A stretch of 24,000 nt of DNA from Acidobacteriota bacterium. Its GTDB lineage: Bacteria; Acidobacteriota; Terriglobia; 2-12-FULL-54-10. Position numbers and translations under genes: made by a program. The number at the start of each line of letters is the position of its first letter. Position 1 is the first letter of the stretch. Shown piece after piece: positions 22,699 through 24,000 of the stretch. The notes beneath the pieces were generated by a model that saw only the letters and a list, made by a program, of their open reading frames with translations, was not told the origin of the DNA and made no database searches. The stretch spans positions 1-24,000 of the forward strand of contig JADFGZ010000020.1 in assembly GCA_022567475.1 (NCBI GenBank), read 5' to 3'.

Positions 22699-24000
22699 AG
22701 AAAACGGCACTCGCTTGCTGCTTGGTATTGCAATCGGCCTGCTCGGCATGGCCGGGTTCGGTTGCGCTCCGCAACGGGACCTGCAAACCGTCGTGATGCT
22801 GATCGAATCCTCTCCGCTGAACCTGGACCCGCGCATCGGCACCGACGCCCAATCGCAGCGGATTGGGGCGCTGATCTTCGACAGCCTCCTGCGCAGCGAC
22901 CGCAACTTCCGCCTGCAACCCTGGCTGGCCGAAAGCTGGGAGACGCCCGACCCTTTAACCTACGTATTCCATCTGCGCCAGGATGTCCGCTTCCATGACG
23001 GCAGGCCACTGACGGCGCGCGACGTCCGCTACACCTTTACGAGCCTTCTCTCCGGTGAGATTCCCAGCCTCAAGGCCGCCAGTTTCGCGCAGATTGATTC
23101 CATAGAGACGCCCGATGATGCGACCGTCGTCATCCGCCTGAAAGAGCCCTACGCCTCTTTTCCTTGGAACCTGACGCAGGGAGCGATCGGCATTGTCCCG
23201 GAAGGGTCTGCGCAGGAAGTGGCGCTCCAGCCCGTCGGCTCCGGGCCGTTCCGCTTCGTGAGCGCGGCGCAGGATGAGGATGTGCTCCTGGAGCGCAACC
23301 CGGACTACTGGGCCACGCCGCCGCAGATCGAGCGCGTGCGCTTCAAGGTCGTCCCCGACGCCACCGTGCGCGCGCTGGAAATGCGGAAGGGAAGCGCCGA
23401 CCTGCTGCTGAACTCTTTGAGCGCCGACATGGTGGAGGTCTTGCGCCAGGAAGAAAGCCTGGAGGTCGTCCAGCAGCCCGGCACCAACTACCAGTACCTG
23501 GCCTTTAATATGGAGAACAAAGACCTGACGCTTCCGGTCCGCCAGGCCATCGCCCACGGGATTGACCGGCAGGCGTTGATAACCTACCTGTGGAGGGATT
23601 CGGTCCGTCCCGCCAACAGCATCCTGCCGCCGCAGCATTGGGCCTATGAAAAGGATGCTCCGTCCTATCCTTACGATCCCGCCAAGGCACGGAGGTTGCT
23701 GGACGCAGCGGGTCTCGCGCCCGGCCCGGACGGCGTTCGACTCCGATTGCAAATGAAGACCTCCACCGACCAGACCACCCGCGAGCTGGCCGCCGTCTTT
23801 CAGGAGCAGTTGCGGCAGATCGGCATCGCTCTGGAAATCCGCTCCTTCGAGTGGGCCACCTTCTACGGAGATGTCGTCCGGGGCCGCTTCGATTTCTACT
23901 CGCTCCGATGGACCGGAGCCAACAACGACCCGGATATCTTCGAGTACTGCTTCCACTCCGCCAAGCAGCCGCCCGCAGGAGCCAACCGAGGACACTACTC
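22685..24000 (+). CDS. ABC transporter substrate-binding protein, family 5 (peptide/nickel, DppA/OppA/MppA-like), 3'-truncated by the window edge
   Basis: This gene is not in the ORF track because there is no stop codon before the window end. I translated it myself: MGNNRENGTRLLLGIAIGLLGMAGFGCAPQRDLQTVVMLIESSPLNLDPRIGTDAQSQRIGALIFDSLLRSD...WETPDPLTYVFHLRQDVRFHDGRPLTARDVRYTF...NPDYW...GTNYQYLAFN... These are classic SBP_bac_5 motifs. It has a signal peptide with a lipobox-like GFGC. The start overlaps the anmK stop by 14 nt. Confidence 0.88.
   Translation, partial: MGNNRENGTRLLLGIAIGLLGMAGFGCAPQRDLQTVVMLIESSPLNLDPRIGTDAQSQRIGALIFDSLLRSDRNFRLQPWLAESWETPDPLTYVFHLRQDVRFHDGRPLTARDVRYTFTSLLSGEIPSLKAASFAQIDSIETPDDATVVIRLKEPYASFPWNLTQGAIGIVPEGSAQEVALQPVGSGPFRFVSAAQDEDVLLERNPDYWATPPQIERVRFKVVPDATVRALEMRKGSADLLLNSLSADMVEVLRQEESLEVVQQPGTNYQYLAFNMENKDLTLPVRQAIAHGIDRQALITYLWRDSVRPANSILPPQHWAYEKDAPSYPYDPAKARRLLDAAGLAPGPDGVRLRLQMKTSTDQTTRELAAVFQEQLRQIGIALEIRSFEWATFYGDVVRGRFDFYSLRWTGANNDPDIFEYCFHSAKQPPAGANRGHY

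Noticed and set aside
21535-23995. Minus-strand ORFs 21535..22905 (456 aa) and 22955..23995 (346 aa)
   Set aside because: These are shadows of anmK and of the plus-strand SBP gene. The SBP gene is missing from the track only because it has no stop inside the window.

Overview
High-GC bacterial chromosomal segment. Sampled genic lines are about 65% GC. The gene content and repeat types suggest an Acidobacteria-like organism, but that is inference only.

Most of the window is core genome:
- atpD-atpC (F1 ATPase beta and epsilon) and recA.
- A colinear biotin operon, bioB-bioF-bioA-bioD.
- An MqnC/MqnE-family radical-SAM gene.
- A roughly 1083-aa CarboxypepD_reg/TonB-dependent receptor split by a 1-nt frameshift in a G6 run.
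- A PspC-domain gene.
- A minus-strand cluster of two half-ABC exporters (heterodimer with one degenerate ATP site), a membrane-anchored class I methyltransferase and a secreted TIM-barrel-hydrolase-like protein.
- A peptidoglycan-recycling cluster, nagZ-anmK, followed by a family-5 solute-binding protein gene. That gene runs off the right edge and is absent from the supplied ORF track.

The only clearly accessory patch is the first ~1.5 kb. It holds REP-like hairpins, the 3' stump of an IS1-like transposase, and a low-GC pair of tiny divergent genes whose start codons overlap head-to-head. It also holds a 76-bp direct repeat bracketing an inverted pair of hairpin repeats upstream of atpD.

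I saw no rRNA, tRNA or CRISPR. I do not see a large novel multi-gene system. The most unusual signals are:
- the overlapping small-gene module (355-862);
- the 5-copy 13-14-nt array between bioB and bioF;
- recurrent in-frame 12/18-nt tandem duplications inside housekeeping genes;
- the homopolymer frameshift in the receptor;
- the anchored FAM173-like methyltransferase next to the ABC pair.
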